Positions 1 to 12,317 of a stretch of 64,000 nucleotides of DNA are shown here, piece after piece. The DNA comes from Eledone cirrhosa (Eukaryota). The position numbers and the translations under genes are program-made. Position 1 is the stretch's first letter. The number at the start of each line of letters is the position of its first letter. The stretch spans positions 56,854,001 through 56,918,000 of the forward strand of contig OZ024741.1 of the NCBI GenBank assembly GCA_964016885.1, in the 5' to 3' direction. The notes beneath the pieces are model-generated. The model ran no database searches, was not told where the DNA came from, and saw nothing but the letters and a program-made list of their open reading frames with translations.

Positions 1-2325
1 ATATGTGATGGTACACATGTGTGTGTGTGGCGTTTATGCGTGTTGTGGATGTAGGTGGCGTGTGGGAAAACATTTTTTTTTGGTTGTATGTCTGGGGTAA
101 GTCGTAAAGCTAATTCCGTAAAAAGATGTGGTGGAAGGAATGCTGAGTAAAATCCTTGGGATGCGGTAGATTCTCGGGATCAAGGTTCACATATGTGTAA
201 TCCGTGAAGAGATTGGTCGGAAGAGGGGAGATGTGGGGTGCGCGCGCAACAGGAAGTGGTCAGAGGGTCAAGGCAGGAGGAGGGTTGTGTGTCTGTGTGT
301 GCGGGGAGGTGGTCAGAGAGGCATAGCAGCAGTAGGGTAGAATGGTAAGTGAAGAAAGTCGGTGTGTCAGTGTGTGCAGAGGTGCGGTGGACAGGGGAGA
401 GGATGGGTAGGTGTGAAAGTTGGAGTAGGGAGGGGGTTGTGTGTGTATTAGTAGAGGTGTTAGTGGGATGTGTGAGTGTTTGAGAAAGGATGTGGGTGGA
501 GCGAGGAGAGAAGGATGTGGGGGTCGATGGAGGGAGTGTAGTGTACTGGTGTGTGTGTGTGTGGTGAAGGGGGTGTTAGTGGGTGTTAGTATACTGGAGG
601 TGGAGAAAGGGTTGAATGCGGGTGTGAGTGGGGGTCAGTGGTGGTAGGGGTCTGTAGAGTGGGTGGTGTAAGAGGTGTGGGTGTTCGTGTGCGTAGGGTT
701 GGGGGTGTTAGTGATGTTAGTTGCGTGTAGAGTGGGTGGTGTAAGTGGGTGTGTGTGTTCGTGTGCTTGGGGTCAGGGGGTGTTAGTGATGTTAGTTGCG
801 GGGTGGTGGGGTGGATGTGTGGGGGTGAGGGTTAGTGGTGGTAGTAGGGTGTGTGTTTAGTGTGAGTGCGTGTATATATGTACCAGTGGGTGTGTGCGTG
901 TGATAAGGTGGGGGGAGGAGAAGAAGGGGGGATGTTAGTATGTTAGTTGGAGAAGGGTGGTCGGATGTGGGGTGGGCGGTGTAAAGGAGGGGTGTGTTAG
1001 TGGTGTTAGTGGGGGATATGTGTGGGGGGAGGGGGGCGGTCGAAGGCTAAAGAAATAAGGGTGGGGAGTTCAGGCCGGGGGGAGTGTGGGTCTGTAGGGT
1101 GAAGATGGTTCGTTGTTCGACCCTTAGGAGATTGGCGGGTGTTCCGTGGCATTGGAGTAGGCCACAGACTGTGAGGTGGTGTGCGGAATGTCCAGGGGCA
1201 CCAAAGTGGCGGGCGATGGGGGAACTACCACCGAGACGAATATCCCGGAGGTGCACAGTAAATCTGTCCGCCAGGCGACGTCCAGTCTGTCCGTAGACTA
1301 GGTTGGAGGAGGTGCAGCGGAAAGCATGCCGGACAGAGAGAGAGTGGCCGTTGGGACCCTGGAAGGTGGTGGTGTTGGTAATGTGGGGACAGGTGTTGCA
1401 GCGGGGCCTAGAACAGGGAAAGGAACCGGGAGGGCGTGGGTTGGGGGGTAGGGAGCTGTGGACGAGGAGGGTGCGGAGATTACGTGCGCGTTTGAAGGAG
1501 GGGAGTGGTGGACTGGGAAGATGTAGGAGGTGGAGGGGTAGGACTGGAGGCGTCGGAAGAGGCGGAGGATGGTGCGGTGGAGGGGTATGGTGGAGGGGTG
1601 GTAGGTGATGGAGAAGGGGAGACGGTGGGTGGGTGTGCGGTGGCGTGGGGTGAGGGTGGTGGAGCGGTGGACAGCACGGGCGCGGGTGAGAGCGGTGTGG
1701 ACGAGAGAGGGGTGTAACCTCTGCGGATGAAATGGCTGACTAGGGAAAGGGCCTGGGACACAAAGTCAGCATCTCGGCTACAGAGGCGGCGGATCCTGAG
1801 GAGTTGGGAGTAGGGTATAGAGTGTTTAGTGTGTGTGGGGTGGGAAGAGGTGAAGTCGAGGTAGGAGTGGGAGTCGGTGGGTTTGAAGAAGGCGGAGGTG
1901 ACGAGGGAGTGGTGGGAGGGGTCGAAGGCGACGGAGATATCTAAGAAGTGGACGTGGGTGGTGGAGATAGAGGTGGTGAAGTGGATAGAGGGGTGGAAGG
2001 AGCAGAAGAAGGAGAGAAAGGAGTCGAGCTGTTCTCGGGTGAGCGTCGTGGCTCCGATACAGTCGTCGATGTAACGACTGTACAGTTCGGGCGTGGGGCC
2101 GGTGTTCTGGCAAAGATTTGGGCCTCAACATGGCCAACAAAAAGGTTGGCATAGTTTGGGCCCATTCTTGTACCCATGTCTACCCCCGTGACCTGTTGGT
2201 AAAACTCACCCGAGAAGGAGAAACAGTTGAGGGTGAGGACCAGCTCGGCGAGGCGAAGGAGGGTGGGGGGAGGGGCGAAGGTCGAGGTAGTGTTTGAGGG
2301 CGCGTAGGCCGTCGGCGTGGGGGAT

Positions 2326-2326
<1 letters not shown>
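1..2326 (-). mobile_element. 5'-truncated Penelope-like element (Neptune-type): RT C-half, GIY-YIG, and 3' pLTR running off the window start
   Basis: Minus-strand fragments MGTRMGPNYANLFVGHVEAQIF, RYIDD-type region, CSRPRCNTC linker and GIY-YIG tail (HLRDIRL...EQRTIFTLQTHTPPGLN). Positions 1-770 match 28093-28860 in inverted orientation. Confidence 0.9.
1047..2326 (-). pseudogene. Frameshifted PLE reverse transcriptase / GIY-YIG endonuclease coding remnant
   Basis: Motifs are split across ORFs 1941..2177, 1480..1761 and 1047..1256; homologous to ORF 32631..33890. Confidence 0.85.
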
Positions 2327-2975
<649 letters not shown>

Positions 2976-3295
2976 GCAAATGTTATTGCAAGATCAAGGC
3001 AGACGTTATATGTGCAGGATTGTGTACAAGAGTAAAAGCAACTAAGTCACATAACACACATGATCACTGGAACATGACTGTATGTTGTAGAATTCCTTTG
3101 TGCAATTGTTACAGCTCTGACTATGATACACTAAAATTAATAAGATAAATAAATAAAATAATAACGAAATGTCACGACGGTTGTATTTTATGAAACAGTT
3201 GGTGAGCTGCAGAAAGTGTGAACTTCAAAAGATAGCTTTATGTTGGCCATGTATCAAGTAGAGGAGTTTAAAAGAATGTTGTGATCTGTGTATGA

Positions 3296-3436
3296 AGGCG
3301 ACAGGCAAATTGGCACAGAGGTTAACATGTTGGTTAAACTGCTTTCCAATATTCATTTTGGTATTCAGCGCTCTGTGTCTGAGTTCAAAGCTCGACGAGG
3401 CCAACTTTGCCTTTCATCTTTTCGGAATCAATAACA
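3296..3436 (+). mobile_element. tRNA-derived SINE family A (degenerate)
   Basis: tggcacag A-box-like, gagttcaaa B-box-like, then caactttgcctttcatc; matches 14334, 27681 and 61471. Confidence 0.75.
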
Positions 3437-4325
3437 TGCACATTTTCCTTCTCTCATTCTCCCTCTATCTTTTTTCTCTCTCTCTCCCTCCTTCCCTCTC
3501 CCACTCTCTCCCTCTCTCTCATTTTCTCTCTCCCTCCCTCTCAATCTCTCTTTCTCTCTCTCAAAACAAAAAAAAATTGTTGTCGTCAAAGCAGGATCGT
3601 CACCAGGTTTAATGGGCCAAACACACGCCGTACGTCGCGACTGCCTATATAATTCTATTAATAAGTTATGGGGTGAATGATTTATGTGATCTTAGAACGT
3701 GGCTGTCATCGTATATTGTCATCGTTCGTTCTGATTCTTGATTATAAACCATGTCTGTGTTTTCATATTTATATATGTCTCCGTCTGCAACTCTTTAAAA
3801 TTTACACTCACAGACATGTTGCTTCAATAAAAGTTCGCATTCCAGTCACAAGTTTCTGTGCTAATAAACAGTAAAGATTTCATTAGAAATATGGTAATGT
3901 AAGGGCTAATTGATGGCCTCCCGACAGCCCCGGCGGACAGAATGGAGAAGGCGTTTCCCCGGAGGATGGTAAGGGAGATACGCTGGAAGAGCTATTCCAA
4001 CTCGCGAGGCTTACACCTGCGGCTGACCAGCTCAGCGCCTATGGTGGTGAGTAGGGAGGTAGCCCTAGGGCCGGGGACACCAGAAGTCTCCACTGTCAAA
4101 GTGTCGGAAACCTGTCGGAGAGCGACCGGTATTTGGAGAGTTTTGAGATTTGAAATTATAATTTCTTTCTTTTCTTTTTCTTTTGGCGGCCTCAGTCCTC
4201 TTTCTTTTCTGACACTCCTTGTATTTGTTCCGGCTCTCTGCTCTCTCAGTTCAAACCCGCCCGGCTCAACTTTTTCTTCGTCCTTTGTTTCTTTGATAAT
4301 TAAATACACGAGACTCACGTAAAAT

Positions 4326-4640
4326 AGGTATGGCTGAATGGTTAAAATGTTTGCTTTCGAATCATGAGAATGCGAGTTCGGTTCCATTGTGTGACATTTT
4401 AGGCGTGTGTGTTATCATAGTTTCGAGTTGGCAAAGCCTTATCAGTTAAATTAGGTCGTCGGAAACTGTGCAGAGGGCCCTCATATCGACTGTACCTGTA
4501 ATTCGAAAGACCAGGTTTCTCAGATATTGCGTCACGGTTTGGGGAATTATTGCATGTTAATTCATGCCTAGAAGGTTCAGTTTATTGAATAATTGGATGT
4601 CCATCGTCGAAACTGGCGGGGGCTCTATCATAACGCTGAA
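4326..4640 (+). mobile_element. tRNA-derived SINE family B (degenerate)
   Basis: tggctgaatggttaa...gagttcggttcc head, aagcctt...ggaaactg body and tgtacctgtaatt; homologous to 58810-59125. Confidence 0.65.
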
Positions 4641-5839
4641 CTAAAGTTATTCAATGTACTTACTGGGCCTACAATAGACACAGTACATCTCCTTTCAGAC
4701 GTTCGTGTTACACGTTCAGTTGATCAAGTAGCTGAATGCTCATCGTTGAAACTGACTGAGAACCCACCACATGAGACGCATACATTCGATGTTGGTCGTA
4801 AAACATAAGACACAAGTACAACGTTCAGTTAATTGAGCAACTGAACAGTCATCATCGAAATCGACGGAAAATCCGTCACATTAAATTTATATATTCTATG
4901 TTGGTCATAAAACAGCGAGATTTTGCTGAGTGAACGAAGTCTATCTGTACAGAGGGTGTTTCCAATGTCAGTGTTTGGTGAACGTAACTATCTATAAATA
5001 ACGCTGCATATGAAATCTGGTAATTTCTCTACGTATTTATCATTATATATCGATCTGTGACTGATATAACTGATACAAAATAAGTATACTACTCGTCTAA
5101 ATAAATAGACAGAATAATCTGTAGTAACAATAGTAGAAATATCTAGATGATCTCAGTTATTGTTTAACCCTAGGCTAACACTAAGATGTGGTCTTATCTT
5201 TTTTTAAAGATAATATGATGTGAAATGATTAAGATTTGGCTGCTCTTTTTAGGAGATAGAATCAGCACGTAAAAAAAAGATTCTGCATTCGCTTAAGATG
5301 ATCTAGATTGTTATTGTTGTTTAACCCCAGCTCTATTGTGTCCGGACAGATCTATGAAGAGACAGCGCTCCAGCAGTGACCATTCCTGATTTAACTGATA
5401 CAAAGCCAGTAAACTAATTCTCTAAGAACATAGGCAGGATAATCTGAGGTTACAATAGGAGACATATCTAAGTAATCCCGTCATGAGATTAGGCTAATGA
5501 TTATGAAAGGGATTTCAGTCGTGATCATCCCTGCCTGTTTTTTAAACATGATGCATCTAAGATTGTTGCCTTCTATTTTTACGACAGTAGAGTGTGATAT
5601 GAATGAAATTTGGCTGCTATTTCTAGCAGTTCGAGTGATCATATAGAGGTATTTTGGTAATATAACTTGAGGTCTAATATGAAGGTGAATGGAAATATAA
5701 TCAAAAAAGGAAAATCACAGAAAAAAGTCACAATTTTGGCAAGAATAAAGCGGTTTAAACTAGAATGTCAATGTTTTAATTTTTTTCTTATAATTTATCG
5801 ATATAACTGTACACCATTTTAAATAAGTGACTCCTTTGT

Positions 5840-6010
5840 TTCGTGGCAGTGTCGTTAGAATGTCGGATAGTATGCTTTGCGGTATTCTTCCCAGTTTACT
5901 GCGCTCTCTGGGTTCAAATTCTGCCGAGGTCAACTTTGCCTTTCATCATTTCGAGGTCAATAAAAGAAGTAACAGTTCAGTACTGGAATCGATTAAGCCC
6001 CCCCCCCCTC
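5840..6010 (+). mobile_element. SINE family A
   Basis: ggttcaaattctgccgaggtcaactttgcctttcatc...gaggtcaataaaa. Confidence 0.8.
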
Positions 6011-6626
6011 TCTCTCTGAGTTTAGACTTGGAGAGGAGATGAGCTCCGCCAGGTTTAAATCACCTCTACGATTCCAACAATAATTACGGGTCTATACATC
6101 TAGATTGTTACTTTTCCTCTGTAACTTTTTTTTTTCCTGTGGTATTTCCTCCTGCGATTTTTTTTTCTCCTGTAACGTTTTTGTGAATTTTGTTCCTAGA
6201 TTTACATAGACGTAAGGGTCTGGAGTACATTAGGAGGGTGAAACGGGGAGCATTAAGGAAAATATGTGGTACGATAAAATAAAGTACCAGTCAAAAGAGG
6301 TCGATAAGTGAGATTATTGAAGCGCCTGATTTAAAGCTATCTGGATTTAAATCTCGTGGCGGCCTATTTGGATGGTAGACTTAATCTATTGAATTCAAAT
6401 AGAATGAGAGACTACGGAAGACCGAACCAACCCCACCTCCATGCGTTGGTCCTCGGAAAACATGTGTTATAAAGCATTGCTAACGTAGCTCTATGTATGA
6501 AAAAACATGTTGACGAATTATGATAATAAATGAAGTAATTCCGTCGGAAAGGTACAGGAAAAAGAGTGCTCTATGTAGGTTACAGAGCTTATTAGTTGTA
6601 TGTGTGTGTGTATATGTTTATATATG

Positions 6627-6674
<48 letters not shown>

Positions 6675-7108
6675 GTGTGTGTGTATGTGGTTGTATGTTT
6701 TTTCTCATGTATATGAGTTTCTGTTTATTTTATACCTTTATTTGTTTCCATGCATGTTTTTACGGTTTTAGTTGTGTGTATGCGGTGATTATAGGCCTTT
6801 ATTTTCTGTCTGTATAGTATTTTGTATGTGTATGTATATGTGTGTATGTGTGTGTGAATATATATATATATTTATTGATATATGTATATACACTTACATT
6901 TGTGTATATGTCCCTATACGTGTGGTTGAGTGTATGTGCGTGCGTATATGTGTGTGTATGTATGTGAGTATTTATATGTGTATATATGTGTGTATATATA
7001 TGTGTATATATATTGTGTATATATATTTGTATGTATGTACTTATTTGTGTATATGTTTGTGTACATATGTGTGTGTATATATGTATGTATATGTACGTGT
7101 GTGTGTGG

Positions 7109-7178
<70 letters not shown>

Positions 7179-7492
7179 TCAGTTCAAGAGTAACCAATCT
7201 TAAAGAGAGAGAGATGGAAGTAGGAGAAGAGATAGGAGAGGAGAAGAGAGATTCGTGAATTAGTTAGAAGCCAAAGCGTAAAGGCATGTGCTCAATGTGC
7301 AATATGCAGTGGAAGGCAGCTAGGTGGGTGGGTTCATGAAGAGGTTAGGTGCACAGAGCTGGAAATATTCATTAGTTAAGCAAAACAAGACCACAAATTT
7401 CACAAGGAAGACATTATTAAAAGATTGTCAACATAGTTTTAGTTTGATGTAAGGAATGTAGAGAATAATAATAATAATATTAATAATAATAA

Positions 7493-7620
7493 TGACCGTT
7501 TACAATTGTTTCGCTACTCCATATAATGTTTCTGGATCAAATGTTTATAGATCATTATTGATCTGGTTCAGTTGAAAATAATTAACTTAGGTACAATTAG
7601 AGCAGCTCATCGGAACTTCA
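7493..7620 (-). ncRNA. Type I hammerhead ribozyme with U4C core and ~80-nt stem II insert
   Basis: GUU CCGAUGA GCUGCUCUA...UGGAGUAGC GAAA CAAUUG UA^AAC; 9-bp stem II and palindromic stem III. Confidence 0.7.
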
Positions 7621-7769
7621 AAAGGAATATAAATTAAAATAATTATTTTCATAAATTAAAATAATTATTTTCAACTGAACCAGATCAATAATGATCTATA
7701 ATCATTTGACCCAGAAACATTATATGGAGTAGCGAAACAATTGTAAACGGACATTATTATTATTAATAT

Positions 7770-7890
7770 TCTGAGTTCAAATCCAGCCTAGGTTAACTTT
7801 GCCTTTCATCCTTCCGGGGTCGATAAAATAAAGTACCAGTAATGCACTGGGTAATTGCTGGCCTTGTGCCAAAAGTAGAAACAATTATTA
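7770..7890 (+). mobile_element. 5'-truncated SINE family A with target-site duplication
   Basis: Flanked by attattattaatattct on both sides; absent from the left arm of the inversion. Confidence 0.85.
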
Positions 7891-7990
7891 TTAATATTCT
7901 CTACATTCCTTACATCAAACTAAAACTATGTTGACAATCTTTTAATAATGTCTTCCTTGTGAAATTTGTGGTCTTGTTTTGCTTAACTAA

Positions 7991-8026
<36 letters not shown>

Positions 8027-8031
<5 letters not shown>

Positions 8032-8596
8032 GTGAGGTTTTTTTTACAAAATGAAAAATAACCGAGGTGTCCTACACGAGTGGAAGTATAAAGAAAAAGA
8101 GATGAAATCGAAAATGCAACTGAAGTCTTATTTTTTTTAAAAATATATATATTTATTTGGTTCCTTTACCGGTTTCGCAGTTCTTCTGCTTTTCAAAAGG
8201 TGAGTTGAGATGGAGGGTCTGTGGTTTTTCTCACATCTGGTTGGTCTCTGAATGTTACTTGTTTTATATGGAAAAAGTGGCTCGAAAGCCAGGTTTTTCG
8301 AGAAGTAATTTGATTGGTTTGTCAATAATTATAATAAATTTCGCGAACTGGCGCGAAATTTATTATAATTATTGACAAACCAATCAAATTACTTCTCGAA
8401 AAACCTGGCTTTCGAGCCACTTTTTCCATATAAAACAAGTAACATTCAGAGACCAACCAGATGTGAGAAAAACCACAGACCCTCCATCTCAACTCACCTT
8501 TTGAAAAGCAGAAGAACTGCGAAACCGGTAAAGGAACCAAATAAATATATATTTTTTTTTAAAATAAGACTTCAGTTGCATTTTCGATTTCATCTC

Positions 8597-8601
<5 letters not shown>
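8027..8601. repeat. Near-perfect ~250-bp-arm palindrome (inverted pLTR) in (TA)n, with a ~65-bp unpaired tail on the left
   Basis: Arms 8094-8345 and 8352-8601 with 6-nt spacer aactgg; mirror ORFs 8157+/8322-. Confidence 0.95.
8497..8534 (+). ncRNA. Minimal type I hammerhead with U3-A8 core (mirror copy at 8163-8200, minus strand)
   Basis: CCUU UUGAAAA GCAG-AAGAA-CUGC GAAA CCGG UA^AAGG; all three stems pair. Confidence 0.8.
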
Positions 8602-8649
<48 letters not shown>

Positions 8650-8652
<3 letters not shown>

Positions 8653-9022
8653 GAAGTTATATTTAATTTGTTGGGATTCCAACAAGCTTAAAAGTTTATG
8701 ACTAATATAAAGCACTCAACAAGTTACTGGAGTAAATATTCAATATATTAATAAATGGAAACTATATTTATAAAACCATAATTATTTTATTATATATATT
8801 TCAAGGTCAACCAAGGCAGTCTTGGTGCGCTTTCATCAGATAAAATACAAGATTTGTTTTATAAATATTGACATAACCGTTGTAAAACAACCCTGACGGT
8901 TGAAAGTTCGCTTGATAGTGGAAACATTTTTTATTGAGGGTAATTCAAAGTTCTCTGTGCAAATGAATGTCCGAAAAATTGAAAAAAACAACCGTTTATT
9001 TAAATTATACTGTTGGAAGAAG

Positions 9023-9025
<3 letters not shown>
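8650..9025 (-). mobile_element. Solo pLTR fragment of the family also at 30084-30483
   Basis: Shared gaag..atatttaatttgttgg...aaatggaaactatatttataaaacc; bounded by (TA)n. Confidence 0.8.
8783..8847 (-). ncRNA. Type I hammerhead ribozyme
   Basis: UAUUUUAU CUGAUGA aag..ACCAAG-ACUGC-CUUGGU..cuu GAAA UAUAUA UA^AUAAAAUA. Confidence 0.85.
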
Positions 9026-9066
<41 letters not shown>

Positions 9067-9067
<1 letters not shown>

Positions 9068-9246
9068 CGAAGGAAATGTGGTAAGGAACCAGGTGGACCA
9101 TAACGCACCAAAGTACTCAATACTTAGGGTAGTAGAGTGGGTAATAGGAACCAGTAAGACCCCGACGGCTGAGCTCAAGCCGTTTCGACGGCTATTAGCC
9201 GTCGAAACGGCTTGAGCTCAGCCGTCGGGGTCTTACTGGTTCCTAT
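9067..9246. mobile_element. Tail plus ~50-bp-arm palindrome of the PLE family at 47177-49928 (3' half of HHR only)
   Basis: Matches 47177-47305; palindrome centred on ctattag at ~9193-9199. Confidence 0.85.
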
Positions 9247-9347
9247 ACATATATATATATATATACGTTATTCCGGGTTGAATCGGAGGTAACCACAGTA
9301 AGTAAGGTACTCAATACATAGCAGAGTATAACAGTTTTAATATAGAT

Positions 9348-9400
9348 GAGATTCTACAGGACTAGAACTGTTTCATTCATTAGAAATCATCAGGAATCTC
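9348..9400 (-). ncRNA. Type I hammerhead ribozyme (canonical core, GUA site)
   Basis: GAGAUUC CUGAUGA uUUC-UAAU-GAAu GAAACAG-UUCUAGUC-CUGUA^GAAUCUC. Confidence 0.85.
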
Positions 9401-9405
9401 CTGAC

Positions 9406-9456
9406 GATTCCTGATGATTTCTAATGAATGAAACAGTTCTAGTCCTGTAGAATCTC
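9406..9456 (+). ncRNA. Type I hammerhead ribozyme, inverted twin of 9348-9400
   Basis: GAUUC CUGAUGA...GAAACAG...CUGUA^GAAUC; arms 9333-9398 and 9406-9471. Confidence 0.85.
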
Positions 9457-9480
9457 ATCTATATTAAAACTATATATATA

Positions 9481-9530
<50 letters not shown>

Positions 9531-9799
9531 TTTTTGTGCAATTGCTTACCACGTGTGTTTGTTTATTTTTATTTGCTTTTTTCCTCTCTTGTCAGTGATA
9601 TTTATTTGACTTTAATTATTTTTTGCTTTTATTTATTTATTTATTATTATGACTTCTTGTATATGTATTTGTCTATGACTGTTGATGTAACAGCTTATTA
9701 ATTTGTTCATGTATGTGTATATATATATATATATATGTGCGTGTGTGTATGTATGTGTATTTATGTGTGTGTATATGTATATTTATATATATATGTATA

Positions 9800-9886
<87 letters not shown>

Positions 9887-9992
9887 ATATACTTATTATC
9901 TATAATTTTTTGTTCTTCTTCCCTCAGCCTCACTTTCATATTTCTTATATTTTTGTTTTCAAATACACTTTCAATAAAAACACCAGGATTTT

Positions 9993-10052
9993 TTTCATTC
10001 GGATGACTGAAAGCAGATTTGTTTGCTTTCAAGAAACCACTGGTAAATGAAA
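9993..10052 (+). ncRNA. Type I hammerhead ribozyme with U4G core
   Basis: UUUCAUU CGGAUGA cUGAAAGCAGA-UUUG-UUUGCUUUCAa GAAACC-ACU-GGUA^AAUGAAA. Confidence 0.75.
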
Positions 10053-10543
10053 TAATTATCTTATGTTGTTTATTACATAACTAATGAATTATGATAATAT
10101 ACATATATACATACACGCACGCATACACATATATATGTTACAACTGTTCATCGCATATTTCCCGGATGTGATGTGACATGAAAAGAAGAAAGAAAAATGA
10201 TTGCTTTCGAAAGTAATGACTTTTCATTGGTCCGGGGAATCATCATCATCATCGTCAGAATCATCACTATCACCATCATCACCATCACCGCCAGCACCAT
10301 ATGATAAATATGTACGCATATAAACTTGCACATATATATACACACGTGTGTATGTATGTTTATATATGCGCTCATATGTGTGTGTGTATGTATATGAACA
10401 CCCACTCAGACACACGTGTCTCCTCTCCTCGTTATAGAAAGTAAATTCAGGCAACTCTTCAGAATAAACCAAGTCGTCCTCCCTTACACACACACACAAC
10501 ACTCACATACTGCAACAGCAGCAGTAGTAGAGGCAGCAGCAGC

Positions 10544-10598
<55 letters not shown>

Positions 10599-11001
10599 AT
10601 TTATGGCTCTCTCAACAGAATAATGTCAAAATTTATCTAATCTAATCTAAGACATTTTCCAAGAACATTGTCTCCATGCAAATCTAGCCAACCCATTTTT
10701 TTTGTTCTTTTATTTTTTACTGCTTTCAATAATTAGATTGCGGTTATTCTGGGACCCTGGCGTGAACATGTTTTAGTTAATCATATTGAACCCAGCACAT
10801 ATCTTTTCAAGCCTTAAACATATTGTATCGATCTTTTTGTTAAACCACTAAATTACGGAACATAAACACAGCCACATACAAACACACTCACACAAAGACA
10901 CTCACACACACGCGCGCGCGCGCACACAATGAAACATGTAAATGCTAGAAATAAACTCTACTACAACGCTTATCTGTGTTAATCGCTTTTTATCTATCTA
11001 T

Positions 11002-11081
<80 letters not shown>

Positions 11082-11094
11082 TGTATATATATAT

Positions 11095-11300
11095 ATTAGA
11101 AAATAGAAGCTTTCACCGTATTTTTTTACTAAATAAATTTTAGCCTGATAGTGGGGTTTAGAACCCTCAGAGAAATGGAAAAAGATGAGTATTGACGTAC
11201 TCCCATGTACGTCAATACTCATCTTTTTCCATTTTTCTGAGGGTTCTAAACCCCATTATCTTTAGTCAAAAATACGATGAAAGCTATTCTATTTTCTAAT
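11095..11300. repeat. Imperfect ~100-bp-arm inverted repeat next to (TA)n
   Basis: tggaaaaagatgagtattgacgtac-tcccat-gtacgtcaatactcatctttttcca, with outer arms attagaaaataga / tctattttctaat. Confidence 0.85.
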
Positions 11301-11413
11301 TTCAAACTTGCTCAGTTTCAAAACATACTTACTTTCATATATATATACGATTCCATCAGGAGTTACGGGTCTTTACAAACATACACACACGCACACGCGT
11401 GCCTATATGTATA

Positions 11414-11748
11414 GACCCCCTTCAGTCACGAACGACCATGGAATTTGCACCTAGAAAGTTTCCCTCCGAGGCACAAGTCCAGACAAGGTTGTTTGTGGAA
11501 GACCAGCAGTCGCCCATGCATACCAGCCTCCCGTCTCCACGCCACCAATGATGTCCAAGGGAAAAGCAATGGCCGATACAGCTTAGCACCAGTGACATCG
11601 CAACTCATTTCTACAACTGGGTAAACTGGAGTAACGTGAAATAAAGTGTCTTGCTCAAGGACACAATGCATCACCCGGTCCGAGAATCGAACTTACAACC
11701 TTCTGTTTGTAAGTCCAATGCTCTAGCCACTAAGCCGCGTGCCTTCAC
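11414..11748 (-). mobile_element. Near full-length tRNA-derived SINE family C (CORE-SINE-like)
   Basis: Minus strand: gtgaaggcacgcggcttagtggctagagc...ttcgattctc head, then tgtgtccttgagcaagacacttt. Confidence 0.8.
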
Positions 11749-11989
11749 CATACAAAATGAATAACAGCGAAATCTGACTTACAACATGTATCAAGTGATC
11801 AAATCCTCTCAACAACAGATATGTTCCAGTTTTGCCAACAAAACATAAGTGGCATTAGCTTCATGTTTGTAAACAAAGACGTCAAGAAAGGTGGGAAGTT
11901 AACTTTAGGAAAATGGTCATGAATCTTGGGTAATGGCCGAAAGAATATGATCATAAATACAAGCAGCTGTTATTCAATAGAGTGCGTAG

Positions 11990-12317
11990 CTCAGAGATTA
12001 GAGAGTCACTCCAGGCAAAGCTGCTACTTCTCTGAATTGGGAGATCACAACACCGATAATATGGGCATGTGCTTAGAATGTCTCAGGAAAGAATTGCCGG
12101 ACAGAATTATACGGGCAAAACCATCCAGCTGGAGACCCAGAGTAAGATGGTTAAATAACATCCATGAGCTTGGCTGGTCTCGCTTGGGGTTCCAGCTGGA
12201 CAAGCTGGTTGTTTCTGACAAGACCTGCTGGAAGGAGTGTTTGAGGATTCTGCCCCCACGACCCTCTCAGGAATAAGTGGGCAAAGAAGAAGAAGAAGAA
12301 GAAGAAGAAGAAGAAGA
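11990..12317 (+). mobile_element. RTE-like LINE 3' remnant with (GAA)n tail
   Basis: RPRVRWLNNI...WKECLRILPPRP followed by (gaa)n. Confidence 0.65.

Larger units (their letters stand above)
7365..7997. repeat. Inverted pLTR-like duplication with a SINE inserted in the right arm
   Basis: 7365-7585 is the reverse complement of 7660-7770 plus 7890-7997; contains an HHR. Confidence 0.85.

Noticed and set aside
3575-4130. Possible LTR, PBS (tggtgtccccg) and gag remnant
   Set aside because: No second LTR, and only vague similarity to gag N-termini.
6408-6475. CGGAAGA...GAAAACAUGUGUUA hammerhead-like motif
   Set aside because: Stem II is plausible, but stem I is only 2 bp and the core is altered; too degenerate.
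10224-10502. Acidic ORF (EDDLVYSEELPEF...DDDD) as a host exon
   Set aside because: The Asp run derives from (CAT)n, splice signals are poor, and I recognise no homology.
11095-11300. Hammerhead within this inverted repeat (CUGAGGG...GAAAGC)
   Set aside because: No convincing stem I or stem II; kept only as an inverted repeat.
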